Positions 1-9,582 of a DNA stretch of 64,000 nucleotides are shown piece after piece (positions within the stretch are counted from its first letter, which is position 1; each line of letters starts with the position of its first letter). The notes below the pieces were generated by a model. That model was not told where the DNA came from, searched no databases, and worked only from the letters and a program-made list of their open reading frames with translations. The position numbers and the translations under genes were made by a program. The stretch is from Candidatus Eiseniibacteriota bacterium. Its GTDB lineage: Bacteria; Eisenbacteria; RBG-16-71-46; JABDJR01. The DNA lies in NCBI GenBank assembly GCA_963762255.1, contig CAVXKA010000001.1:1-64000 (forward strand). The letters are read 5' to 3'.

Positions 1-1489
1 CAGCGGACCGCCGAGGCCAGGCCCAGGTCGTCGAGCACCGAGGGGCGCAGGTCGAGGATGAGCCGGTGGACGTCGGCCAGGGCCCGGTTGGCCAGCGCCC
101 GCAGCTCGTCGAGCGCCGGGGCTGGCCGGCGCGCACCGCCTCGGCGGCCTGGTCGACGCGCATCAGCAGCGCCGCCAGCGCCTGGGTGGTCTCGTCGTGG
201 AGCTCGCGCGCCACCCGCTTGCGCTCGTCCTCCTGCGCCGGTGATCACCTTGCGCAGCAGCTCGCCGCGCGCCAGCTCCCGCTCCCGCAGCGCCTCGTTG
301 GCCTGGTTGAGGTCGCGGGTCCGCTCCTCGACCCGCCCCTCGAGCTCCTGGTTGTCGCGCTCCACCCGGGCCACCAGCGACTGGAGTGACTGCCGCATCC
401 GGTCGAGCGCCTGCCCGAGCTGGCCGACCTCGTCCTGCCCGAGGTCCGGGATGTGGCCAGTCGAGCTGGCCGGAGGCGATCCGCTCGGCCTCGGCGGTGA
501 GCACCGCCACCGGCTGGGTCACGCTGCGCGCCGCGCCCCAGGCGAAGATGGCCGAGAGCACCACCTGGGCCAGCGCCATGCCGGACAGCGCGAACCAGGG
601 CAGCACCCCGCCGGTGGGCGAGGCCTCGACGGCGTCCTGCCGGGTCACCAGCCCCCACGGCGAGCTGGCCAGCGGCGTGAAGGCCATCACCTCCCGCATC
701 CCGGTCCGGAGGTCGTGCCGCGCGTGGCAGTCGTCGCAGCGGGACGACAGGCTGGTTTTGCCCTTCACCAGCCTGGCCATGTTGAGGCTGCACTCGCTCT
801 TCAGGCCGGCCCGTCTCGGCTCGGACGAGGCCACGATGGCCCCGTTCTCGTCGAGCGCTGGCCCGGCCGGTCTGGCCCCGGCGGAGGTGCCGCAGCATCT
901 TCTGGAAGTCCCGGCGCCCCGGGTTGAAGGTCCCACCCGCCACCCCGACCACCGCGCCGGCCAGGTCGCGCACCGGCACCAGCTCGTGGACCAGCGGGCC
1001 CCGCTCGTCCAGCTGCAGGCCGGAGAGGCGCGGCAGGCCGCTGGCCAGCACCTCCTCGACCAGCGGGATGGCCCCGTGGGGCGCGGCCGAGACCCGGCCG
1101 TGCGGCTCCTCCGCCACCACCCGCCGGCCGGCGTCGAGGAGGTAGATGGCCTCGCGGTGGCGGAACTGGCCGAAGGCCTCGCGCACCACCTGCTGCAGCA
1201 GCACCGGATCGGCGGCCTCGAGGCGGGAGCCGATCCGCGCGGCCAGGCGCTGCAGGAGCTCCAGGTCGCCGACCAGCTCCTCGTCGAGGTGGGCGGCCAC
1301 CGACTCGGCCGCCGCCACCCGGGCGCCCTGGAGCCGCTCGTCGAGGTCGCCCAGCCAGTACCGGCCCACCACCGAGATCACCACCAGCGGGAAGAAGATG
1401 CCGATGGCCATCAGCAGGTAGACGCGCCGCCGCAGCCCGGTGCCGGCCCCGGCGCTCGACGCCGCGCTGCCTCCCCCGGGCCCGGTCAC
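1..1489 (-). CDS. Membrane sensor histidine kinase, HisKA_3 (NarX/UhpB) type, Cache-like sensor with CxxCH plus HAMP; runs off the window; frameshifts near 860, 450 and 240
   Basis: GTG at 1489 overlaps the upstream TGA. Frames joined give TM1 (RRVYLLMAIGIFFPLVV), sensor with CDDCH, TM2, HAMP (DEVGQLGQALDRMR), H-box QEDERKRVARELHDETTQ and LDLRPSVLDDLGL. Confidence 0.85.
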
Positions 1490-2061
1490 GGGGTCCCTCG
1501 GCGGTGGGCGCTGCGGGCCATGCGGAACAGCTCCTCGACGTCGCCGCGGGTGCGCAGCACCATGCGGCGGCCGTCGCGGTCCCAGGCCAGCTGCTGCCAG
1601 ATCTCGCCGCCGATGGCGCGGCGGCTGAGCAGGGCGGGACGGCCCGCCACCGTGGTGGGCGACGAGGCCAGCTCGCTGCCCGGCGGGTCGAAGGCCGCCG
1701 GGAGGGGCGCGCCCGGCGTGGTGGCCTGGAGGAGCTGCAGCTGCTCGGCGCCGCTGGCCCGCTCGCGGAAGGTCAGCTCGATGGCCCCGCCCTTCCCGCC
1801 CGCCACCCGGATGCGCGCCGGCGGCCAGCCCAGGTGGGCCGGGAAGTAGGACGGCAGCGCCAGCCCGGCGCCGAGGCTGCGCTCGGCCGCCTCCAGGCTG
1901 GAGGCGGTCCGCACCTCGCGCGGCTCCCCGGCGATCGAGCCGGGCAGCGCCCCGAGTCCGGCCAGCGTGGCGGCGGTGGCCGCCACCACCCACCCCAGCG
2001 AGACCACCAGCCGGAGCAGCTCCGGTCCGGCGGCTCGGGCGGTGGCGGCGGGGGCGGTCAT
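1486..2061 (-). CDS. Hypothetical membrane-anchored extracytoplasmic protein (DUF4367-like appearance)
   Basis: ATGA and GTGA overlaps with both neighbours; N-terminal TM; motifs SLEAAERSLG..LPSYFP and LAWDRDG..MVL..ELFRMARS. Confidence 0.6.
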   Translation of the reverse strand: MTAPAATARAAGPELLRLVVSLGWVVAATAATLAGLGALPGSIAGEPREVRTASSLEAAERSLGAGLALPSYFPAHLGWPPARIRVAGGKGGAIELTFRERASGAEQLQLLQATTPGAPLPAAFDPPGSELASSPTTVAGRPALLSRRAIGGEIWQQLAWDRDGRRMVLRTRGDVEELFRMARSAHRRGTP

Positions 2062-2565
2062 GTGACGAAGTAGAGCATGCCTGTCATCGAGGTGGCCGCC
2101 AGGCCGAGCCGGACCCAGGGCCACGGCAGCGGCTGCGGGGCCGGCTCCAGCAGCGCCCGGACGCGCAGCTCCAGGTCGTGGGAGCGGGCCCGGCGCAGCG
2201 TCCCGGCCAGGGCCCCGCCGAAGACCAGGGTGCGCCGTCCGTCCAGGCCGCCGGTGGCCCGGTGGAGCTTGAGCAGCGCGCTGGCCAGCGCCAGCCGGCC
2301 TGCGCCGAGGGCGACCGCCCGCTCGTCGGCCAGCCGCTCGGCGTCGCGCGCCAGGGCCCGCGTCAGCACCTGGAAGGTGGGGTTCCAGGCCATGAGGCAG
2401 CGCAGCCCCAGCATCACCCAGCTCCGCTCCGGATTGCGCCGGCCCAGGTGGGCCAGCTCATGGGCCAGCGCGGCCTGCAGCTCGCCGGGATTGAGCAGGT
2501 CGAGGGCGCCGCGGGTCACGAAGATGGCCGGGCGGCGCACCCCGGCGCAGAAGAGGCCCGGCGCG
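2058..2565 (-). CDS. M56 (BlaR1-like)/M48 zinc metallopeptidase, C-terminal portion only (5' part lost at a junction)
   Basis: LFCAGVRRPAIFVTRGALDLL..ELQAALAHELAH (HExxH) ..WNP..ERLADERA..LASALLK. Confidence 0.8.
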
Positions 2566-3446
2566 CCACCGCCTCGTCGGGGTGGGCAACGGCCCAGTCG
2601 AGGCCCTGGAGCGTGGCCGCCACGAAGGCCTTGACCGTCGCCGGATGCTCGGCGGCGAACCCCTTCTGGGTGAGCACGTTGAGGAAGCGCGTAGTCGGGC
2701 GTACCCCAGTCACGGAAGTCGAGGTAGTCGAGCTTCTGTCCCATCGCATCGGCCTGGACGAGCTCTCCGAACTCGGTCACGGCGACGGAGTCGTACTTGC
2801 CGGCGAGCAGCGGAGCGACGATGTCGAAGCCGGGGTCGGCGACCTTGACGGCTCCCGGGTCAACGCCGCCGGCCTTGAGCATGGTCGCAAACGAGGCTCG
2901 CGTCGAAGGGATCATGACCACACCTGCCGTCGTCCCGGCCAGGTCCGATGGGGATTGCGCGTGTACGCCCGGGGCCAGGGCCATGCCCACCGGCGCGTGG
3001 CTCATGAGACTGGCCACCGAGAGCAGCGGCGCGCCCGCGGCCACGCCCATGAGCGTGTCGGGCGCGTAGTACAAGCCGAACTGCGCCTTGCCGGTGGAGA
3101 CGAACTTGGCCACGTCCGTGGCCCCGGCCGGCAGCGTCTGCTTCACCGTCAGGCCGTGGTCCGCGTAGAAGCCTTTGTCCTGGGCGACATCGACGGGGAT
3201 GTCGAGGACCCAGGGCACCCAGTCCATGATGAGCGTCACCTCGGAGACTTCGGGCGCCGCGGCGCCGGAGGAGCCGCCGGTCGCAGTCTCCGAGGGGCTG
3301 CTCGTCGCGGCTCCCGAGCTGCCGCAGCCCGGAAGAGCTGCCGCCGCCACGAGCAGCAGCAGCGTCGCGATGACCACGAGGCAGGTCCGGCCGGCCGGCG
3401 GCGAAGGTGGCGCCGGATGCGTTCCAGGTCGAGCGATGTCGTTCAT
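2560..3446 (-). CDS. ABC substrate-binding lipoprotein, NMT1/THI5 (SsuA/ThiY-like); 3'-truncated, frameshift near 2690
   Basis: Lipobox LPGC; VTLIMDWVP..VAQDKGFYADHGLTV; continuation HPATVKAFVAATLQGLDWAVAHPDEAV then an abrupt switch to peptidase sequence. Confidence 0.85.
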
Positions 3447-4279
3447 GAGGTTCCTTTCTGGGCGGGAGTCCACCAGCAGAGCCGACGCTCGATGAGCACA
3501 GCGCCGGCATACGCGAGCAGCCCGATGACGGTGATGACGACGATGGCGGCGAACGCCTGCGCGGTCGCCAGACGCGCGTTGGCGGAGAGCACGAGGTACC
3601 CGAGGCCACTGTCCGCTCCGGTCCACTCGGCGACCACCGCGCCGACGAGGCTCAACGTGATGCCGGTGCGCGCGCCGGCCGCGAGATACGGAAGCGCGAA
3701 GGGCACGCGCACGCGCCAGAAGACGTCGCGGCCCCCGGCGCCCACGGAGCGCATCAGCAGAAGGAGCTGCGGATCCGTCGCACGCAGTCCCTCGCGAGCC
3801 GTGACCGCCATCGGGAAGAAGGCGATCAGGGCGCAGACGACGACCTTGGGCGGCGAGCCGTAGCCCATCCACAGCACGAGAAGCGGGGCCAGGGCGATGA
3901 CCGGCACCGTCTGCGACGCGACGACGATCGGGGTGAGCAGTTCGTCGAGGCGACGCGAATGGGTCGCGGCGGCGGCGAAGGCGAAGGCGACCGCCGCCCC
4001 GAGCAGAAAGCCGGCGGCAGCCTCGGAGACCGTGACCAGCGCAGCGCGGACGAAGAGCATCGGCTCCGCCGCCAGCTCCGCGAGCACAGCCGACGGCGGC
4101 GGGAAGACGTAAGGGGCGACGTGCAGAGCACGCACGACCAGCTCGGCGCCCAGCGTGAGTGCGACGAGCAGGCAGAGCGCCGTCGGGATGGCCGACGAGC
4201 GGGACGAGCGGCGCGACACCCGGAGCCGGCGCGAGGCGACGCGGCGCCCCTCGCCGCCCGCCCCTGTCACAGCTGCCAT
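3443..4279 (-). CDS. ABC permease, SsuC/TauC/ThiX-like
   Basis: PPPSAVL, SQTVPVIALAPLLVLWMGYG, EAA-type loop, LVGAVVAEWTGADSGLGYL; SD GGGAGG before ATG 4279. Confidence 0.9.
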   Translation of the reverse strand: MAAVTGAGGEGRRVASRRLRVSRRSSRSSAIPTALCLLVALTLGAELVVRALHVAPYVFPPPSAVLAELAAEPMLFVRAALVTVSEAAAGFLLGAAVAFAFAAAATHSRRLDELLTPIVVASQTVPVIALAPLLVLWMGYGSPPKVVVCALIAFFPMAVTAREGLRATDPQLLLLMRSVGAGGRDVFWRVRVPFALPYLAAGARTGITLSLVGAVVAEWTGADSGLGYLVLSANARLATAQAFAAIVVITVIGLLAYAGAVLIERRLCWWTPAQKGTS

Positions 4280-4298
4280 GCCTGCCTCCCGGTCACTC

Positions 4299-4340
4299 AA
4301 ACGACAAAGCCCGGGCCGACACTTCGTCCGGCCCGGGCCC
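4299..4340 (-). terminator. Intrinsic terminator in the riboswitch expression platform
   Basis: Minus strand GCCCGGGCCG-N10-CGGCCCGGGC followed by TTTGTCGTTT, between aptamer and start codon. Confidence 0.75.
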
Positions 4341-4411
4341 CCCGTTTTTGAGGCCACAGCATGCGCCGCCGCCATCCCGGTCACCACGCGGGACGCGTCG
4401 GCACACTCTCT

Positions 4412-4566
4412 GGAGGCAGGTCTTCTGGCTCCCGGATCGTCCTCCGGCCGCGCCTTCCCGCCAGCGAGCTGGCAGTGGCTTCTCGCAGCCTTCGTCCCCG
4501 GTCACAGCGGCGGGTCCGCGCCGGCCTTGCACCGGCTTCCCTCAGGTGGCCCTCACAGGCACCTCC
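4412..4566 (-). ncRNA. Cobalamin (B12) riboswitch
   Basis: Minus strand has GGAGGTGCC..GGGAAGCCGGTGCAAGGCCGGCGCGGACCCGCCGCTGTGA..GCCACTG..GGGAAGGC..AGCCAGAAGACCTGCCTCC (B12 box); P1 GGAGG/CCTCC. Confidence 0.93.
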
Positions 4567-4577
4567 AAGCGCTGCGC

Positions 4578-4607
4578 ATGCTAGCCGAGGCGGCCCGCAG
4601 AGGTCAA
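4578..4607 (-). promoter_or_regulatory. Sigma70-type promoter for riboswitch/ABC operon
   Basis: TTGACC-N18-TAGCAT immediately 5' of the aptamer. Confidence 0.55.
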
Positions 4608-4749
4608 GTCACGCGCGGCCCACGGTCGAGTTGCAGCCGTCGCCCCCCTGCCGCAGAAGACCCCCAGGGACAGGTTGTGCGCGTCGCGACAATCCAAACA
4701 ATCGGGAGTACCATGGCTTGTGAAGGACCCACGAATGCAGAGGTGAGCC

Positions 4750-5718
4750 ATGGGGATGCAACCGATCACTCGTGCCGAGTTCCTCAAGCTGATAGCGCTC
4801 GGCGGTGCGGGGATCGCCCTGCTCGGCGGCCCCGAGAAGGCGCTCGCCGCCCTCGCCGCCGCCGAGACAGACCTCGACCGCGCGGCCCTCGACGGCGACG
4901 CGCGGGCCGCCCGCACGGCAGCCACGATCCTCGCCGTCGCCAAGGGATCCTCGGCATCGGCGAACACCAAGCGGGCGATCGCCGCCGTCGGCGGGATGCG
5001 CAAGTTCGTCAGCTCCGGCGACGTGGTCGTCATCAAACCGAACATCAGCCACCCCCGCACGCCCAAGTACGCCGTAACGACGAACCCTGCGGTCGTCGGG
5101 ACGCTGGTGAGCCTGGCGCGGCAGGCCGGAGCGAAGAGCGTGCTGGTCATGGACAACCCGGTGAGCACGAACCCGTCGTCCTGTTACAGCACCAGCGGCA
5201 TCGCCGCCGCGGTCAAGGCGGCCGGCGGCTCGATGCGCGTCATGGGCGGCAGCGGCTACAAGAGTTATGCGATGCCGGGTCACCTGCTCAAGAACCAGCC
5301 ACTCTACGCCGCGATCGTCAACGCTGACGTCCTGATCAACGTCCCCATCGCCAAGACGCACGGCTCGACCGGCCTCACCATGGCGGGCAAGAACCTGATG
5401 GGCTGCACCAGCAACCGCCAGCGCATGCACACGCTCGGCCTGAGCCAGAGCATCGCCGAGATGAACGCCAAGCTGAAGCCGGAGCTGACGGTTGTAGACG
5501 CCATGCGGATACTCGTCCGCAACGGGCCGTCCGGCGGCAGCCTGAGCGACGTGGCCGTGAAGAACACCGTCGTTGCCTGCAAGGACTGGGTGGCGGCCGA
5601 CACCTGGGCCTGCCGGCTCTTCGGCAAGAAGCCGGCCGCCGTGCCCTACATCAAGGCCGCGGCGAACATGCATCTCGGCACGATGAACCTCTCCTCGGTC
5701 GTCATCAGGAACGTGTGA
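4750..5718 (+). CDS. DUF362 domain protein with Tat-like signal
   Basis: GDVVVIKPNI, TNPAVV, INVPIAKTHG..LTMAGKNLMGC, D-A-M-R..GPSGG, DWVAAD; N-terminal TRAEFLK plus hydrophobic stretch. Confidence 0.85.
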   Translation: MGMQPITRAEFLKLIALGGAGIALLGGPEKALAALAAAETDLDRAALDGDARAARTAATILAVAKGSSASANTKRAIAAVGGMRKFVSSGDVVVIKPNISHPRTPKYAVTTNPAVVGTLVSLARQAGAKSVLVMDNPVSTNPSSCYSTSGIAAAVKAAGGSMRVMGGSGYKSYAMPGHLLKNQPLYAAIVNADVLINVPIAKTHGSTGLTMAGKNLMGCTSNRQRMHTLGLSQSIAEMNAKLKPELTVVDAMRILVRNGPSGGSLSDVAVKNTVVACKDWVAADTWACRLFGKKPAAVPYIKAAANMHLGTMNLSSVVIRNV

Positions 5719-5734
5719 GAGGTCCTGGCCGCCC

Positions 5735-7376
5735 GTGACTCGGGGAGCGCGCGACCAGGAGGTCGAGGGCGGGGCGGGGCGGCGCCGGTCCGTGGGCGGC
5801 TGGAAGACCGCCCGCTGGGTCCGACGCGCCGTCCAGGTCCTGTGCTTCCTCACCTTCGTGTATCTGCTCTTCGGGGGGTTGCAGCGGCTGCAGCCCCAGG
5901 CCTACGCGAACATCTTCTTCCGCTTCGACCCGCTGGCGGGCCTCGCGACCATGCTGGCCGCCAGGGCTTGGCTCGCCCCCTTCGCGCTCGCCCTGATCAC
6001 GCTCGCGCTGTCCGTCCTCGTCGGCAGGTACTGGTGCGGCTGGGTCTGCCCGATGGGGACCCTGCTCGGCTGGTTCCGCTTCTCCTCCGCGGGCCGGCGC
6101 GCGGAGAGGGTCCCAGAGCGCCTGAGGAGCGCGAAGTACGTGCTGCTCGGCGCCATTCTCGTGATGGCGGCCCTCGCGGACCTCACGCTGCTCGTCGTCG
6201 ATCCCATCGCCCTGCTCACGCGCACCTTCACAACGTCGCTGATCCCCGGGCTCGACTACGTCGCCTCGGCCGTGGAGTCGGTCCTCGTGAGGTGGGGTCC
6301 GGGTAGCACTGCCGTCTTCTGGGTGGAGGACCGCGTCCGCGGCACGGTGCTGCCCGTATACCAGCCGCACTACACCCAGGCCGTCGCGATCTTCGCCGTC
6401 TTTCTGGCGATCGTCCTGCTCAACGCCGTCGCCGACCGCTTCTGGTGCCGCTACCTGTGCCCGCTGGGCGCGCTGCTCGGACTCGTCGCCAAGGTGCAGG
6501 TCCTGCGTCCGCTCGCGCCGGCGTCGTGCGATGCCTGCGGGAACTGCACGAGGGCCTGCCGCGTCGGCGCGATCGTGGAGGCCGCCGCAGAGGAAGCGGC
6601 CGCTGTCGCGGCGGCGCCCGTCCGCGTCGTGACGTCCGAGTGCACGATGTGCCTCGACTGCCTCGTTGCCTGCCGCCGTGACGCGGGCATGAGCCTCGGC
6701 GTCGCGCGCCGGCCGCGTGGGCGACCTACGATCCCGGCCGGCGCGAGTTCATCACGGCGGCGGCTCTCGGCGTGGGCGCCGTCGCCCTCTTCGGCACCGG
6801 CGTCGCGCGTGCGATCAAGCACCCGGGCCTCGTCCGGCCGCCGGGTGCCCAGGACGAAGGCCGCTTTCTCAGCCACTGCCTCCGGTGCAGCGAATGCATG
6901 AAGGTGTGCCCGACATCCGGTCTCCAGCCGACGCTCGGTGAGGCCGGCCTTGAGGGCTTCTGGACCCCGGTGCTCAAGTCGCGCCTCGGATACTGCGACT
7001 ACGCCTGCCACGCCTGCGGGCAGGTCTGCCCGTCGGGGCGATCCCCCCCTTGAGTCTGGAGCGGAAGCGGAAGCAGGTCATCGGTGTGGCCGTCCTCGAC
7101 AGGAACAGGTGCCTGCCCTGGGCCTCCGACACGCCGTGCGTGGTCTGCCAGGAGATGTGCCCCGTGTCCGAGAAGGCGATCGAACTCGGCGGCCAGCATC
7201 TCATCACCCGGGCCGACGGGACCCAGGACTACCTTGCTCGCCCGAAGGTCATCCCGAGCCGCTGCATCGGCTGCGGGATCTGCGAGTACAAGTGCCCGCT
7301 CGAGGGACCGGCGGCGATCGTCGTCATGCCGACGAACCCGGACCTCGCCGTGGGCGCCGCGCCGGCGCAGGGTTGA
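5735..7376 (+). CDS. Membrane polyferredoxin, NapH/MauN-type fused to a NapG/MauM-type domain; frameshifts near 6720 and 7040
   Basis: GRYWCGWVCPMG, RFWCRYLCPLGALL, several CxxCxxCxxxC motifs, RREF..RPPGA..FLSHCLRCSECMKVCP, CIGCGICEYKCP. Confidence 0.85.
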
Positions 7377-7418
7377 CCAGGCCGGCTCGGCCTCGAGACG
7401 TATCGCTATACTCAACGC

Positions 7419-8140
7419 ATGAGCCCCGACGACCGCACCCTGATCGATCTGCGCGCGGCCGCGCTCTTCACGCACCTAGACGAGGGACAGCTCGAGCAGC
7501 TCGCCGGCATCGCTCAGCCGCGGCGCGTCGGCGCCGGACGAGACCCTGTTCCTCCAGGGCGACGCGGCAGACGCCTTCTACCTTCTCGCCGACGGCCACC
7601 TCAAAGTCTTCAAGCTCCTGGCGCGACCGTACGGCCACGGTGCGCCACGTGGACCCGGGCCAGACCTTCGCGGAGGCGGCCCTCTTCCAGGAGACGTATC
7701 CGTCCAGCACCGAGACGCTGAGCGAGTGCCTGCTCTACCGCTTCGAGAAGGAGCAGACGCTGGCGCTGCTCCTGGCCGAACCGCAGCTCGCGGTCAACCT
7801 GCTGGCGGCGATGGCGCACCTGCTGGGACTGCTCAACCGCCGCGTGGAGGAACTGCTGCTGCCCGTGCCCGCGCGCCTCGCCAGGTACCTGCTGGCGCGC
7901 GCCGACGAGCAGCTCGAACCGGCGGCGTCCGGTGGCGATGAGGCGCCCGCGGACGTACCGCGCGTCATCCAGCTGCCGGTGAGCAAGCGCGAGCTCGCCG
8001 CGCGTCTGGGCACGGTGCCGGAGACGCTCAGCCGCACGTTCGATCGCTTCAAACGCGCCCAGGTGATCCGCATGAGCGGAGACCACCGGCTCATCGAGAT
8101 CCTGAGCTTCGAGCAGCTGCATCGGCTGGCGCAGGAATAG
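7419..8140 (+). CDS. Crp/Fnr-family regulator (Dnr/HcpR-like, no N-terminal FNR Cys cluster); frameshifts near 7535 and 7620
   Basis: LFLQGDAADAFYLL..GHLKVFK, PGQTFAEAALF..YP, VPARLARYLL, HTH SKRELAARLGTVPETLSRTF; TATACT 6 nt before ATG. Confidence 0.85.
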
Positions 8141-8321
8141 GCCTGCGCGCCCGCGGCAACACGTCCGTGAGCCTGCCCGCACCGTTCTGCGCCGCCGGCA
8201 TGCGCTGACCAGGCGCGCCTTCCACCCCCGTGAGCCCGACGCCCGACGGTCAGCGCACATGACGAACGGGAACACCAGAAGTATCTGGAAACCCGACCTC
8301 ACGGGAGGACGGTGGATCAGC

Positions 8322-8783
8322 ATGGCTCTCAACAGCAGAATCCAGACCATCGGCAGGATGACCGGCGTGGCGGCCACAACGGCGCCGTACGTGAGGCGGC
8401 TGGCGAGGGACGAGGAGCTGCGCGACGACGTCGCCGACTTCATACGCTCGGCCAACAGCCTGATGAGCCACGTGCGGTCCGACAGGCGCTTGCAGCGTGA
8501 CGTGCGCCACCTGGTGGGCTCCGCGCAGAGCGGCGCCGACCATCTGCGCGGAGACCTCAGGCCGCGGCGCTTCATGCGCTCCCTGTTCATCGGTACCGGC
8601 CTGCTCATCACGTCGTTCGGCATCGGCGTCGCGTTCGCGTGGCCACGCTCCAGGCGGAGCGTCCTGCGCGTCGCCGACCAGACGACCCAGCGCGCCAACG
8701 CGACCGTTCAGCGCGCCAATGCGACCGTGCACGACGTCCGTGAGAGGATCGCCCGACAGAGGAGCGACGTGAAAGCCGCATAG
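8322..8783 (+). CDS. Hypothetical membrane protein
   Basis: PYVRRLARDEELRD; single TM LFIGTGLLITSFGIGVAFAWP; helical tail. Start may be 8259. Confidence 0.55.
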   Translation: MALNSRIQTIGRMTGVAATTAPYVRRLARDEELRDDVADFIRSANSLMSHVRSDRRLQRDVRHLVGSAQSGADHLRGDLRPRRFMRSLFIGTGLLITSFGIGVAFAWPRSRRSVLRVADQTTQRANATVQRANATVHDVRERIARQRSDVKAA

Positions 8784-8799
8784 ACGGCAGGAGGTGCTG

Positions 8800-9027
8800 G
8801 TGAACGAGAACGGGGAACGGCGAAGCGCTCCTCGCGCGGAGATCCCCGTTCCTCACGACCTGCAGATCGAGTTGCACGACGACCCCGAGGCGGCGGCGGC
8901 TTTCGCGGCGCTGCCGCCGTCGCACCGCGCCGAGTACATCGACTGGATCCTCGAAGCCAAGCGGCCGGAGACCAGGGCGCGCCGCGTCGAAGAGACGGCG
9001 CGGCGCGTCAAGGCTCCTCGCGGCTAG
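8800..9027 (+). CDS. YdeI/OmdA-associated small protein
   Basis: VPHDL..AAAAFAALPPSHRAEYIDWILEAKRPETRARRV; SD GGAGG. Confidence 0.8.
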   Translation: MNENGERRSAPRAEIPVPHDLQIELHDDPEAAAAFAALPPSHRAEYIDWILEAKRPETRARRVEETARRVKAPRG

Positions 9028-9068
9028 CGGCGGCAGGCACAGAAGCCCGCCGCCGCCCTTCGCACTTC

Positions 9069-9108
9069 TCAGGTCGGGGGCGAGCGGGTCCGCTTGCCCC
9101 CGACCTGA
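9069..9108. terminator. Strong hairpin, probable terminator insulating the ferredoxin-cooS operon
   Basis: TCAGGTCGGGGGCGAGCGG-GT-CCGCTTGCCCCCGACCTGA near-perfect inverted repeat. Confidence 0.55.
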
Positions 9109-9113
9109 CCCCC

Positions 9114-9156
9114 TTGACGCAGGTCAATGGAGCCCGCGCGCTTTAGGGAGTACCTT
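9114..9156 (+). promoter_or_regulatory. FNR/Dnr-type box with class II promoter geometry
   Basis: TTGA-CGCAGG-TCAA at 9114-9127 and -10 TACCTT at 9151-9156; box centre about -42 from the predicted TSS. Confidence 0.75.
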
Positions 9157-9198
9157 TGTCACTGTCACTAGCGTGAAAACCACGAAAGCGAGCAGTGC

Positions 9199-9582
9199 AT
9201 GGCAGTCCGCAGCATCGTGAAGATCGACGAAGACCTCTGTACCGGGTGTGGCGTCTGCGTCACCCCGTGCGCCGAAGGCGCGATCGAGATCATCGACGGC
9301 AAGGCCAAGGTCATGAAGGAGGAGCTGTGCGACGGCGCCGGCTTCTGCCTCGCCGTCTGCCCCGAAGGAGCCCTCACCGTGGAGAAGCGTGACGCCCCGG
9401 CGTTCGACGAAGACGCCGCCGCCGAGAAGATCGCCGAGAAGCTGGCCGCCCACGTCGCCATCACGCAGACCTGCATGAACTGCGGGCGCAGCGAGAACGA
9501 GGCCATCCTGTTCCCGGCTCGTACCAAGGGCGAGAGCACCTGGGTCTGCGTCAAGTGCCTGCCGCAGCTGATCCACGGGTGA
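9199..9582 (+). CDS. 4Fe-4S dicluster ferredoxin (FrdX-like) with C-terminal CxxC..CxxC module
   Basis: CTGCGVCVTPC, CDGAGFCLAVCP, CMNC..CVKC. Confidence 0.85.
   Translation: MAVRSIVKIDEDLCTGCGVCVTPCAEGAIEIIDGKAKVMKEELCDGAGFCLAVCPEGALTVEKRDAPAFDEDAAAEKIAEKLAAHVAITQTCMNCGRSENEAILFPARTKGESTWVCVKCLPQLIHG

Noticed and set aside
2058-3872. 604-aa ORF as a novel binding protein-peptidase fusion
   Set aside because: The continuity needs an off-frame stretch after a frameshift, and both partners are truncated at a junction.
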